From Bacteroidales bacterium (lineage in GTDB: Bacteria; Bacteroidota; Bacteroidia; Bacteroidales; VadinHA17), in the NCBI GenBank assembly GCA_003141415.1, contig PLLX01000182.1:22606-86605 (forward strand): a DNA stretch of 64,000 nt, in the 5' to 3' direction. The stretch's first letter is position 1, and each line of letters opens with the position of its first letter. The position numbers and the translations under genes were made by a program. Shown in pieces: positions 20,689-30,782 of the stretch. The notes beneath the pieces were generated by a model that worked only from the letters and a program-made list of their open reading frames with translations, was not told where the DNA came from and did no database searches.

Positions 20689-21522
20689 TTATTTCACAAA
20701 CGTTTTTACAACTATAGCCTCTGCATCTGATTGATTAATTATTCTGTAACTTCCGGCTGCAGCAGGGATCACAAAGGTTTCAGCATAACTGAACTGCTGA
20801 GAAAAGCCATTTACTGTTTCAACAATTATGCTGGTCCCTTCTACCAGGCTTAATACATGGAATTTACCTTCAGTCATGATCTCAATAACCTCTTTAAAAT
20901 GATATCTGTGAATATCATATAAGTGTGTATCATGTGTAGGTAAGCGATACAATTTCCAACCTTTTCCCTGATCGATAAGCAGCGGTTTTGAAATTAGTTT
21001 TTTCTTCACGTATATACCTTTCCGATCGAAAAAGAAGTTATCCATTCCTCTTGCGATATTCAATGGCCATGGTTTTCCATCCAGATCGGGCCTCAGCCAG
21101 TCGTACATCTTGAAGGTAAAAATGTAGGAAGTAGAGCTTATTTCAAGCACAAGATTATTTTTGCCTGATCCGTGTATTGTTCCATACGGGACCAGGCATA
21201 ATTTGGCACATTCCTGTTAAGTCCATCAATATGATTCATGATCCAGGTTCCACCCCATGTACCAGGCTCAAACCATGGCTTCACTCCGAAGACATTATGA
21301 CTCATTACTGTCAGGGATCGTCTCAGGAGCTCTCCATTGATCATGGAAGGGCATTCGGGTATCTGGGCAACGACAAACAGGTTAACGTTGTTTAAAATGC
21401 TTCTTTTGTGCCTATTCAGGACAATCCAGTCGACAAAATAGAATCGTTTATACATTTCCTTGGGGCCAACTGGAAGAGATGCCCCAAGATTATTAATATT
21501 TTCGGCTCTTGACCGGAATTGT
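20689..21522 (-). pseudogene. Collapsed class I mannose-6-phosphate isomerase remnant
   Basis: ..KRFYFVDWIVLNRHK..FEPGTWGGTWIMNHI..NYAWS.. switches frame at 21138-21150 into ..[30 protein letters not shown].. The central catalytic region is missing, and the frame has no start codon at its 5' end. Confidence 0.6.
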
Positions 21523-21709
21523 ATCTAACATGCTGCCTAATATAATTTAATTATCCCCTTCCCAACCTTCCCCCCTGTGGAGTTTCCACGGAAGGCTGAC
21601 TCCTTGGCTAAAATTGCCTACCAGTCAGTTTTTTAATGCTCGGCCCTCCCTTGGAGGAAAATGAAAGGCGGTGAATATGTATTTAACTTGATGTATTAAT
21701 TTTTTTTAA

Positions 21710-23641
21710 TCACTTCCTTTTTATAACCGCAACAAATCCTCCATCCTTAGCCATCGTTAATTTAAAAGTGCCTGGTGATCTAATTGACAAATTAGCTTTT
21801 TTTAACTCCTTCGGTTCTTTATCGGAGTTTTTGGTGTCACTCCAGGTCTCAGCTTCATAGTTATCTGCCGGTAAAAAAGAGAGGTTCAGTACAATACTTT
21901 TTCCGATACTGTTATTCATTACACCTACGAACCATTTATCTCCGCTTCGTTTTGATATTGCTACATAATCACCGGGATAACCGCTTATGAATTTAATATC
22001 ATCCCAGGTAGTAGGAACTATTTTAAGAAAATCAGATCCGGCCTGATTCAGAATATTGTCAGGATGATCACATACTACTGTTAGCGGGCTTTCATAAATC
22101 ACGAACTTCGAGAGTTCTGCAGCACGAGTATTCCAGACAACTGCCGGAGTCTGGTTTTTATACTGCTCTTTTGTTACATTCAGGAAGGCACCAGGTGTAT
22201 AATCCATCTGTCCGGCCAGCATTCGGGTAAAGGCGAGCTTCACATTATGTTCCGGGCTCATTTTATTAGAAAATTTATAATATTCATTCCCCATAACACC
22301 TTCGCGGGTGATCATATTGGGCCATGTCCGGATTATTCCATCGGGTTTATACGCACCGTGAAAATCTACCATAAGATGATTCTCAGCCGCACATTTAATT
22401 ATATCATGGTACCAGTTGACCATCTGCTGATCGTCGCGGTCCATGAAATCAATTTTAATTCCGGCAACTCCCCACTTTTCATATAAAGGGAATGCATTTT
22501 TATAGGCTGAATTCCTGTTAACATCACTCGAATAGAGCCAGACAATAATTTTAACATTCTTCGATCCGGCATATGAAATTATTTCTGGCATGTTTATCTG
22601 TGGCGCCCATTTGGTAATATCTGCTTCCGGAGAATTAAACTTGCCATACCATTGCCAGTCAACCAACATATAAGGCCAGCCCATTGAAGAAGCAAGATCA
22701 ATATACTGTTTTATGACCGGCATCTCCATTTTCACTTCACCGCTCCACCAGTGATCCCATGCACTCATTCCTGGTTTGATCCAGGAAGGATCTTTAATTG
22801 CACATGGATCATTAAGGTTCTGAATAATCTCTGATTCAATGAGGGTCCCCGGAGTTTCTCCAATCATCAACACACGCCATGGAGTGTAAACATCATCTGA
22901 AAAACGCACTTTAACACCGGTCTCGGGTTCTCCGGGAACTGGAACCAGTTTGGTTGTCAGTTGATTTGGAGTCCCGTCAGTCCCTATATAGAAAGCAGCA
23001 TAATTTTCAATCTTAGCCTCAGTGACAGCTACCCAGCAATTGTTTCCATATTCCATAAGCATAGGCATTCCGGCAATGGATTTCTCATTCAGATAACTGA
23101 GTGGATGCTCAATAAACTCAGCTTCATTTGAGGAGGAGTATCCGCCATATTCGACTATCCAGGCTTTCGGATCACCAGGTATATTGAAGGTTGTTATTTC
23201 TTTTGTGATCTGTCTGTCGCCGACTTTGCCGCTACTTAAAAGTTTATAGCGAAAAGCTGCACCGTCATTATATGCCCTAACAAAAAGTTCCATCTGCCTC
23301 ATTGAACCCGATTTTTCTTTCAGTGTAATATGCAATTCATTAAAATTATTTACAATCTCTGAATGCTTAGATTTCACTACAGGGATCCAGGTCCCATTGA
23401 TTGCTATAACTGATTGATCAACAATTTTGAAATTGCCTGTCATAGCAGGTTCATCTTTAAATTCGAATCCCAGTTGGGAAGTATCTATAATTGTTCTTCC
23501 ATTGTAAGAAACTGAGTAAATCAGTTTTTCGTTGTTGTTGATTGCAAATACAATTTTATTATCAGGTGACTTTACAGTAATTATCTGAGCATTCGCTATT
23601 GCACAGATAAGAATTAGTAGCAGCAGGATTGATTTCTTCAT
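21710..23641 (-). CDS. Glycoside hydrolase family 97 (SusB-like alpha-glucosidase/alpha-galactosidase)
   Basis: 643 aa with a signal peptide. Motifs ..VAGIKIDFMDRDDQQMV.., ..ITREGVMGNEY.., ..LAGQMDYTPG.. are typical of GH97. Confidence 0.85.
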   Translation of the reverse strand: MKKSILLLLILICAIANAQIITVKSPDNKIVFAINNNEKLIYSVSYNGRTIIDTSQLGFEFKDEPAMTGNFKIVDQSVIAINGTWIPVVKSKHSEIVNNFNELHITLKEKSGSMRQMELFVRAYNDGAAFRYKLLSSGKVGDRQITKEITTFNIPGDPKAWIVEYGGYSSSNEAEFIEHPLSYLNEKSIAGMPMLMEYGNNCWVAVTEAKIENYAAFYIGTDGTPNQLTTKLVPVPGEPETGVKVRFSDDVYTPWRVLMIGETPGTLIESEIIQNLNDPCAIKDPSWIKPGMSAWDHWWSGEVKMEMPVIKQYIDLASSMGWPYMLVDWQWYGKFNSPEADITKWAPQINMPEIISYAGSKNVKIIVWLYSSDVNRNSAYKNAFPLYEKWGVAGIKIDFMDRDDQQMVNWYHDIIKCAAENHLMVDFHGAYKPDGIIRTWPNMITREGVMGNEYYKFSNKMSPEHNVKLAFTRMLAGQMDYTPGAFLNVTKEQYKNQTPAVVWNTRAAELSKFVIYESPLTVVCDHPDNILNQAGSDFLKIVPTTWDDIKFISGYPGDYVAISKRSGDKWFVGVMNNSIGKSIVLNLSFLPADNYEAETWSDTKNSDKEPKELKKANLSIRSPGTFKLTMAKDGGFVAVIKRK

Positions 23642-23773
23642 TGGTTTAATTATGATTTGTTATAAAATAGGATTGACCGGATTAGCTTATACAAATCTAT
23701 TGATTTTCAAGCGGCTTCGGCTGTTTGAAATATAATCACTAAAATTATTATTCTAAATTATAATTTGTGTGTA

Positions 23774-24214
23774 TCACTTCAACCTATTTCCTCTTTTATT
23801 GCTTTCCCTAATATAATCCATTACAATTGATTTAAGAATATTTGCAAATTTAACATTGGGAATTTCCGATCTTGAAAAATACTGAGGACGAACTCCCTCC
23901 AGAAGAATAACTTCTTCAATCGGCAGATTTATTTTTCCTGAGTAGATATATTTAATATTTTCGTAAGCATCACCGGTCAGACATTCAAACCTTTTATAAA
24001 AAGTATAATCTTTCAAATCGATATCTAATTCCTCTTTAACTTCCCGGACCAGAGCCTCTTCGGGTGTTTCTCCTTCTTCCACATGACCTCCGATCAGATC
24101 CCAGTGGTCGGGGAAAGGTATGTCAGGCTTGTTATCGCGCAGGTAAAGTAAAAATTTACCTTCGTCATTCTCAAGAATTATGGCTGCTATTTCTTTCATA
24201 AGTGATAAAAACAC
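23774..24214 (-). CDS. NUDIX hydrolase
   Basis: Nudix box GGHVEEGETPEEALVREVKEELDI. Confidence 0.85.
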   Translation of the reverse strand: MFLSLMKEIAAIILENDEGKFLLYLRDNKPDIPFPDHWDLIGGHVEEGETPEEALVREVKEELDIDLKDYTFYKRFECLTGDAYENIKYIYSGKINLPIEEVILLEGVRPQYFSRSEIPNVKFANILKSIVMDYIRESNKRGNRLK

Positions 24215-24247
24215 AATTATTTTGGGCGAAAATTCTGTATTAGAGAT

Positions 24248-24337
24248 ACTCTGTGCTACTCTGAGTAACTCTGTGTTAGTTCTTGCTTTTTTATTACACA
24301 GAGAGACACAGAGAAGACACAGAGAACCACAGCGAAG
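24248..24337. repeat. Inverted array of 10-11 bp periodic CTCTGTG units (imperfect long hairpin)
   Basis: Left arm ACTCTGTGCT ACTCTGAGTA ACTCTGTGTT, T-rich loop, right arm ACACAGAGAG ACACAGAGAAG ACACAGAGAACC ACAGCGAAG. Starts 7 bp downstream of the acetyltransferase stop codon. Confidence 0.65.
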
Positions 24338-24343
24338 TTTATT

Positions 24344-24841
24344 TCAAGAATTATTTTCATTAAAGATCACAGAACTTCGTCTTTCTAATAATATAGTATC
24401 TCTCCATTTTCCATCAAGCCGGGCAATTCTTTCCCTCTTGCCTATTATCCTGAACCCAAATTTTGCATGGAGTCTTAATGTTGCTTCATTCTCGGGAAAC
24501 ACGCTTGAAACCAAGGTCCAGATCCCATTGAGCTCAGATGAAATAATCACTTGTTCCATCAGGTTCGATCCTATTTTCTTTCCCCGTAATCCGCTGGCTA
24601 CATAAATGCTTACTTCTGCAACACCAGCATAAACTTCTCTTGCAGAAAAAGGGGTCAAGGCTGCCCAGCCTGTAACTTTTCCATTCTCTTCGAACACAAA
24701 TCTTGAGTGAGGAAGGTGCTTCGTATCCCATTCCTGCCAGGAAGGAACCTGCGTTTCAAAGGTAGCATTCCTTGTTTCAAGACCCATCCTATAGATTTCC
24801 AGAACATTCTGACTATCTGCCTGCTGCATTTCCCTGACCAT
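24344..24841 (-). CDS. GNAT N-acetyltransferase (phosphinothricin/MnaT-like subfamily)
   Basis: ..ATFETQVPSWQEW..GWAALTPFSAREVYAGVAEVSIYV..RGKKIG..L..L..GF....G.. pattern of PAT-type GNATs. 165 aa. Confidence 0.8.
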   Translation of the reverse strand: MVREMQQADSQNVLEIYRMGLETRNATFETQVPSWQEWDTKHLPHSRFVFEENGKVTGWAALTPFSAREVYAGVAEVSIYVASGLRGKKIGSNLMEQVIISSELNGIWTLVSSVFPENEATLRLHAKFGFRIIGKRERIARLDGKWRDTILLERRSSVIFNENNS

Positions 24842-24855
24842 ACTCTAACTCTGAT

Positions 24856-25260
24856 CTATTCCATAAAAATGGCCGATACTTCAATCCTGTTGTTGTCCGG
24901 GTCAAGCGTTTCAAATTCCCAGTAACCGTCACCAGTTTTTCTTGGCCCCCTCAATATATTGTATCCGTCTTTTTTTAATTCAATTAATTTATCATTAACC
25001 AGATCCATATTTACCATTCCGAATGATAAGTGGATGATTCCAAGATACTGCTTCTCAATAGTGTCGTTGAGATTCTGTGGAATTCCTGGCATTTGCATTA
25101 ATTCAAGCCGCGTACCTGAATCGAATGAAATGAAGTAGCTTTCAAAATGTCTCTCATTATTCGTATACTTTCTATTTGACTTGCCATTGAAATACTTAAT
25201 ATAGTAATCCTTCAGCTTCTCAAGCTGTGTCGTCCATATAGCTACATGATCGATATTCAT
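24856..25260 (-). CDS. VOC family protein (glyoxalase/bleomycin-resistance fold)
   Basis: MNIDHVAIWT... start and ..FETLDPDNNRIEV.. end are typical of VOC/glyoxalase I-like proteins. Confidence 0.75.
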   Translation of the reverse strand: MNIDHVAIWTTQLEKLKDYYIKYFNGKSNRKYTNNERHFESYFISFDSGTRLELMQMPGIPQNLNDTIEKQYLGIIHLSFGMVNMDLVNDKLIELKKDGYNILRGPRKTGDGYWEFETLDPDNNRIEVSAIFME

Positions 25261-25274
25261 GATTTATTCAGCTT

Positions 25275-26000
25275 TTACTTCTGTTTAAGCTCAGCGATAT
25301 TTCTGAATTTTGCAGATGCCATATGGCTCGGATTATGCGAAGTAAGGGCTAATCCCAGATATATCTTAGCAGGCAGATCAAGTGTAAAAGTTGTATATGG
25401 TTTCCAGGTCTTTCCATCGGTACTATAGTAGCCGGTGAAGTCATTATTAACACGCTGAAGCCTCACCCATGTATTAGGAAATGCAACCGGGAATTCAGGA
25501 GCGCCTTCAGAACTCTTCGGGTATATAGCTTTCATTTCATGGTCTCTCTCCTGGCGATACTGGAACTCATATCCACCGTTATTTTTATTTCTGGCGTTAT
25601 TATCAGAAAACACCTGGAAATAAATATGCCTGCATCCTGAAGTAAGATTTTCACGCGCCATAATTCCGGCTTTTGTGTACATATTTGCCGCTGTCAGACT
25701 CTCAATGCGGGAAACAATATCGAAATCACCTGTCCGTTCCACATAAATGAAATTGAACTCATCCTTGACTCCCCAGATATCAGCTCCACTCGCTGTCATA
25801 TCAAACCCGTTATTCAGAACTTTGACTGTTCCCTTAATTGAAGGATTTCCGATATCACTGTGTTTAAAGCTTGAAAGTGGGATTGGCTGGGTTTTCATCG
25901 GGCTGGAATTTGGTTTCTGATTGTCCTGTGCTGAAACATTTGATAATGTGATTACTAATAGTAGTATCACAAAAGAATAAATAATGTTTTTTTTGATCAT
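25275..26000 (-). CDS. Secreted concanavalin-A-like (LamG/DUF1349-like) beta-sandwich protein
   Basis: Signal peptide. ..GADIWGVKDEFNFIYVERTGDFDIVSRI..TKAGIMAREN..WVRLQRVNNDFTGYYSTDGKTW.. resembles LamG_3/DUF1349-type domains. Confidence 0.5.
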   Translation of the reverse strand: MIKKNIIYSFVILLLVITLSNVSAQDNQKPNSSPMKTQPIPLSSFKHSDIGNPSIKGTVKVLNNGFDMTASGADIWGVKDEFNFIYVERTGDFDIVSRIESLTAANMYTKAGIMARENLTSGCRHIYFQVFSDNNARNKNNGGYEFQYRQERDHEMKAIYPKSSEGAPEFPVAFPNTWVRLQRVNNDFTGYYSTDGKTWKPYTTFTLDLPAKIYLGLALTSHNPSHMASAKFRNIAELKQK

Positions 26001-26109
26001 GGCAATATAATTTTAAATCTAAGAACTGTTTGTAATTTATCTGAACTCATTTTCCTCGCATCAGAAGGATAAATATTCGATCTTAAAAATAGGGTTTATT
26101 TTTTAATTT

Positions 26110-26714
26110 CTACTTGTCTGAGCTTGTGGCTTTGACTCGCCGGAACAGAATCATATAGACGCTTCTTTTCTTTATGATCCTTTCCCTGGTCCAGTTTTTT
26201 TCAGAAAACAGCTTATCTATTATCTCATCACTTTGATTAAAGACATTTGAAAACAAAACATACTTTTCTTTTTCAGGATCGGAATCTTTAAACGATCGAT
26301 TGTCTTCAGAAAGATCAGTCAGGTTGAATGAAGCTGTATTTGGGAAGAATGATCCTGTCTTATCAAATGGTATTTTGTTTAGATTCATATATTCTAACAT
26401 TTCTCGCCTCACTGAATAATAGGGCCAGTGAGCAGGCGTTGCATCCCAAGCCCACAGACTGACCCACGTAAACTCGTAATTACCAGTGCAGTAAAAGCTA
26501 TCACCAGTGGAAAAGTTAGATGTCCGGTTGCAAACTCATCAGGCACAAAAAAATACATGAAGTTATTATCATAATACCAGTTTGCAGGAATCGAGATCTG
26601 GGAAATGGAATCCCAGAAGAAGAATTTATTGGCATGAAGCAGAGTAAAACCAAGAGATACTCCAATAAAAAGAATTGTTCTGGCTGTTCTATTATCTAGA
26701 ATTTTGTAGATCAT
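26110..26714 (-). pseudogene. Polytopic membrane protein (GT39/ArnT-like?) with internal deletion and frameshift
   Basis: The N-terminal piece ..FFFWDSISQISIPANWYYDNNF..DEFATGH.. changes frame near 26409-26470 into ..WAWDATPAHWPYYSVRREML.. The multi-TM core expected between the two pieces is absent. Confidence 0.45.
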
Positions 26715-26720
26715 ACAATT

Positions 26721-27374
26721 TTATGCGCTAAGAACCTCTCTGAAGAAACGTTCAAGTTTCTCCCTGTCAAGTCTGCCATCTGTTCTTACTCCGCTGCATA
26801 CATCAACTGCGAATGGATGAACTTCATCAATTGCCTGTCTGACATTTTCAGGGTTTAATCCTCCGGCAAGAAACACCGGGCATTTTGTCTTATCTCTTAT
26901 CTGTCTGCTTAATTTCCAGTTATGAACCCTTCCGGTTCCCCCAAGTTCCTTAACTTTCAACTTGGGGTTACCACTATCAAGGAGAATAGCATCCACCATT
27001 TCGGAAATTTCCATCGCTTCATTGACTGATCTTTCATCAATTACATGAATCACCTGAATAATTTTCACACCCGGCAATCCTTCTTTAAGTTGACTATAAG
27101 TTCCAGATGATAACGAATCCACTATCTGGATTGTATTGGTGTTTGTCCTGTGATGATGTTCAATTATCTCCTTTACCGATGTTTCGCTTGTCAGCAGAAA
27201 GGTGGCAACCGGTGGTGGGACAGTCTTTGCAATTTGTCTGATTAATTCATCCGGGATAGGTCCGGGGCCACTTGGCATCCTGGCTACAAGACCAATGGCT
27301 GAAGCGCCATATTCAATGGCTAATCTGGCTTCATTTTCGCTGGTAATACAACATATCTTAATTCTTTGAAACAT
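26721..27374 (-). CDS. trpF: Phosphoribosylanthranilate isomerase
   Basis: ..IKICCITSENEARLAIEYGASAIGLV..VFLAGGLNPENV..DVCSGVR.. fits TrpF (TIM barrel). 217 aa. Confidence 0.8.
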   Translation of the reverse strand: MFQRIKICCITSENEARLAIEYGASAIGLVARMPSGPGPIPDELIRQIAKTVPPPVATFLLTSETSVKEIIEHHHRTNTNTIQIVDSLSSGTYSQLKEGLPGVKIIQVIHVIDERSVNEAMEISEMVDAILLDSGNPKLKVKELGGTGRVHNWKLSRQIRDKTKCPVFLAGGLNPENVRQAIDEVHPFAVDVCSGVRTDGRLDREKLERFFREVLSA

Positions 27375-27388
27375 AGTTTCAAATTAAG

Positions 27389-28066
27389 TTAGTTGAGTGA
27401 CATAATCTGTAAGTTGGCAAAATCCCCATCCGAATTATTCCCGACCCATAATCCGATTTTACCGGAAGTCCTGTTATTTAGTTTCTCAACACTCAGACAG
27501 GGTTCCTGATTTCCATTAACAAATACCGTAATCTGAGGATATTTTACGATTATTTTCACATGAAACCATTCATTCCCACTTGGTGAAGGAACAACAGCCT
27601 TTTCATATTTGCCATTGAATTTTTCTCTCAGCACTTCCCATGGATAATCCGGCTGGGAAATATATTGAACAGCATGTATCTTATGCACAGAGTCGGTCGA
27701 TTGAAAATTAAAGGGGCGGAAGTAAATGGCATCCAGGGTATTGTTATCAGTTCCATGAAAAGCAATACCTACAAAACTTTCTTGAAATTCATCTTTTCCT
27801 TTTATGTCTGCTTCAATGATGCCATTGGTAAAAATGACATGTTTTAACCAGGCGATTCCGTCATTTTCATTTTTTGAGAACCGGATTCCTTTTTTATCAT
27901 TTTCCGAAAATGTGCTTACTTTTCTGTTGAAAACTTCAATTTTGTTATTTTCGGACAAAGAAATCAGGTCATATTTAACTGAATTTCCCTGGGCTATTCC
28001 TGATAAATAAGTTATAAATCCAAGAATAATTATCAGATATAAATGTCTTAGATTAATTGCTTTCAT
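27389..28066 (-). CDS. DUF1080 (3-keto-disaccharide hydrolase-like) secreted protein
   Basis: Signal peptide. ..WFHVKIIVKYPQITVFVNG.. and ..GKIGLWVGNNSDGDFANLQI.. are typical of the DUF1080 jelly-roll. Confidence 0.7.
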   Translation of the reverse strand: MKAINLRHLYLIIILGFITYLSGIAQGNSVKYDLISLSENNKIEVFNRKVSTFSENDKKGIRFSKNENDGIAWLKHVIFTNGIIEADIKGKDEFQESFVGIAFHGTDNNTLDAIYFRPFNFQSTDSVHKIHAVQYISQPDYPWEVLREKFNGKYEKAVVPSPSGNEWFHVKIIVKYPQITVFVNGNQEPCLSVEKLNNRTSGKIGLWVGNNSDGDFANLQIMSLN

Positions 28067-28131
28067 AATATTTCTGATTATTTGGACTTAATTAAATTAC
28101 ACCAAGTTAGGATTTTTTTTCATGTCGTCAG

Positions 28132-28611
28132 TTATTCTTTATTGATCAGTTCATTTATTTCAGAAAGATGCAGTTTTAAATGTCGTGGGAAATCAATGAT
28201 CATTGATTTCAGAGTCACTTTTTCGTCGGGCCCGGATATCCATTCATTATTCATTTTGTCAGTTTTGACATTTTTCATGACATGACTGATATGAAGGAGT
28301 GAGTACTTCCATAGTTGAACCAATGTCATCCAGTCCTCATTTTGAAAATCCTGTATTGCAATCCATCTGTCGTTATTTCCAAAAGTAGCGTAGTTTGGAA
28401 AGATCAATGGCGATGTCTGATATTGAAGGTGGATAATTCTGTGAGTATTGTTGGAAGCAGAGTCAATAATGTGTCCGACGATCTGCTTAATTGTTCGGGC
28501 CTGGGAGTTTTTCCTTTGGGAAATTATATCTTCAGGAAGCCTTTTCAAAACTGGTTCCCAATCATTTACTAATGAAATGAGCTCTAAGGATATTAAATCA
28601 GTTTCTTTCAT
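28132..28611 (-). CDS. DinB-family protein
   Basis: 159 aa predicted helical bundle with conserved His positions (..QIVGHIIDSASNNTHRI.., ..RHLKLHLSEI..). Confidence 0.7.
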   Translation of the reverse strand: MKETDLISLELISLVNDWEPVLKRLPEDIISQRKNSQARTIKQIVGHIIDSASNNTHRIIHLQYQTSPLIFPNYATFGNNDRWIAIQDFQNEDWMTLVQLWKYSLLHISHVMKNVKTDKMNNEWISGPDEKVTLKSMIIDFPRHLKLHLSEINELINKE

Positions 28612-28631
28612 GGTTCTTCTGTTTTAGTTAT

Positions 28632-30782
28632 TTAGAATCTTATTTTAATATTTCCGAAGAATTCTCGTGCGGGTCCTGGATGATATGCATTGCCATCAGG
28701 ATCAGGTTCTGTGAATGCCATATATTTTGCCGCGGTCAGATTTCGAATGAAAATGCTGCATTCCCCATTAATCTTTCCGATATTGAGGCTGTATGAAACT
28801 CTGGCATGAAATAAATTAAACCCCTCCTGCCAGTTTTGATAAATAGCCGGGTCAAGTTCTCCGTTATAAGCTTTTGGATCGGTATAAATTGCCCATTTTG
28901 ACTGATATTCGGTCGCTAAACTTAATTTAAATCTCTTGTTTATCGAATATACAATCTCAGAATATAGCTGATTTTTTGGTGAATTGGGTAACCATTGGCC
29001 CGCAGCCGGCGGTGACGTCAGAACATAAGCAGGATCAGTGTAAACAGGATCAATAACAGATGAAACATATTTATAGTCTGCAAATGTATATGCAACCTGC
29101 AAACTGAGGTTTTTGAGTATCTGATAAGAAACAAAAGTTTCGATACCATATCGTTTGCTGTTCCCTGCATTTCCGTAGAATACTTCCTGGTTTCCCCTTC
29201 CTGATTGTTTGAAACGGAAAAAATCATTTTCGGTATTCATAATAAAACCGGTAATCTCATAAGAGAGTTTTTCATCATAAAATCCACGGATTCCAATTTC
29301 ACTGCAATTGGATGTAGCCGGAACTAGATGAGTGTTGAAGCCGCTGTAACCAACAGGATTGCTGGACAATTCTTCTGTTGAAGGAGGCATAAATCCATGA
29401 CTCCAGTCTAAGAACATGGTGACTGCCTCATTTATAGAGTAACTTGCTCCGGCACGAGCGGAGACATTTTTAAAATTCTTTGCCGTTTTGGCTGTATCTG
29501 ACGCCAGCATTTTGTTTGTCAATTCATTATTCATTGCGTCATAACGAATACTCCCAATCAGGTTAAACTTTCCGATTTCAAGCTTATACAAAGCAAAGGC
29601 ACCCAGGCTTCGCTGTGAAATTATCTGATTGGCAAGTAATGAATCAGTTTCTATATTGGTCTCATCAAGACTTTCCTTCCTCAAAGGATTGGCTGCGCTT
29701 TGCAATTTGTACAGGTCAATATTCTGCCATTTAAGATCAACGCCAATACTGATGTCATTTTTTATCTTCCCCGAATTTAAATGCAAATTATATTGAACAC
29801 TCGTTCCGGGGTTCGTAATATCCCTGTATTCCGCATCTTTATTACTGGTTTCTTTGTAATCCCATGAGCGAAGATATGCAGTGATTTCGACATCCTGCAT
29901 ATCACTAAATTTATATTTACCATGAAAACCTATTGTGGTGCGATTAGTCTTCTGATACTCATTAAACGGATTGGCATCGGGATTTGCCTGCCGGAGATTG
30001 TCAAATTGTCCGATATTTAATCCTTCCGGATTTTGCTGAAAGTAATCGGTATGGGAGATAATCTGAGTTATTGACAGCTTTTTAGAAGGGTTGAAGTTAA
30101 TTTTTTCATACAGTTTATTGCCCCAGAATGCCTGATGATCACGATATCCGTCACCATCAGTCCTGGAATAACTTATCCGGTAATCAATAACATTTCGGGA
30201 CCCGTCTATCTGAATCAATGATTTTTTGAAACCATTTGAACCGATAGTCTGGTTTAACTCGCCACCAATAGGTTTCGGACCACCGTCGTTAGTAGTAATA
30301 TTTAAAACACCTGCAGCACCGCCACCTCCATACAGACTTGCGGAGGGACCTCTTAAAACCTCAATTTTATTTACTGTACCCCAATCGACATCGTAAAGGT
30401 CAGGAGCAAAACCCGAAGGATCATTTACCGGAATTCCATCAATCAATACACCGATTCCCCGCAAACCTCGCTCAGTTAAAATTCCTTGTCCGCGTATTGA
30501 AACATGGACTCGCTCTCCGTCATGCTGGTTGTCTATTCGCACACCGGGAATCAGGCGCAATGCCTCTTCTGCTCCTGCAGTTTTAGGCATTATTGAAAGT
30601 ATTTCAGGAGTAACTATCGAAACTGATCCGGGATTATTTTTTAGCAAAATTGGTAACCTGTTCGCAGTAACCAGTACCTCTTCCAATTTGATCATCTTTA
30701 CGGAATCTGAAACCTCCTTTTGTCCGAACAACAAATTACTGATGCAAGTAACCAGAAGAATAACGCACATTCTTAATTTCAT
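28632..30782 (-). CDS. TonB-dependent receptor (siderophore/metal-type)
   Basis: Signal peptide, plug (..EEVLVTANRL..TAGAEEALRLIPGVRI..RGxGILTERGLRGIGVLIDGIPVNDP..), long beta-barrel, and a terminal ..NIKIRF. Confidence 0.9.
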   Translation of the reverse strand: MKLRMCVILLVTCISNLLFGQKEVSDSVKMIKLEEVLVTANRLPILLKNNPGSVSIVTPEILSIMPKTAGAEEALRLIPGVRIDNQHDGERVHVSIRGQGILTERGLRGIGVLIDGIPVNDPSGFAPDLYDVDWGTVNKIEVLRGPSASLYGGGGAAGVLNITTNDGGPKPIGGELNQTIGSNGFKKSLIQIDGSRNVIDYRISYSRTDGDGYRDHQAFWGNKLYEKINFNPSKKLSITQIISHTDYFQQNPEGLNIGQFDNLRQANPDANPFNEYQKTNRTTIGFHGKYKFSDMQDVEITAYLRSWDYKETSNKDAEYRDITNPGTSVQYNLHLNSGKIKNDISIGVDLKWQNIDLYKLQSAANPLRKESLDETNIETDSLLANQIISQRSLGAFALYKLEIGKFNLIGSIRYDAMNNELTNKMLASDTAKTAKNFKNVSARAGASYSINEAVTMFLDWSHGFMPPSTEELSSNPVGYSGFNTHLVPATSNCSEIGIRGFYDEKLSYEITGFIMNTENDFFRFKQSGRGNQEVFYGNAGNSKRYGIETFVSYQILKNLSLQVAYTFADYKYVSSVIDPVYTDPAYVLTSPPAAGQWLPNSPKNQLYSEIVYSINKRFKLSLATEYQSKWAIYTDPKAYNGELDPAIYQNWQEGFNLFHARVSYSLNIGKINGECSIFIRNLTAAKYMAFTEPDPDGNAYHPGPAREFFGNIKIRF

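Noticed and set aside
24180-24605. 141-aa plus-strand ORF containing ..LCATLSNSVLVLAFLLHRETQRRHREPQRS..
   Set aside because: Its first part is a translation of the CTCTGTG/CACAGAG repeat element. The rest is antisense to the well-supported GNAT acetyltransferase gene.
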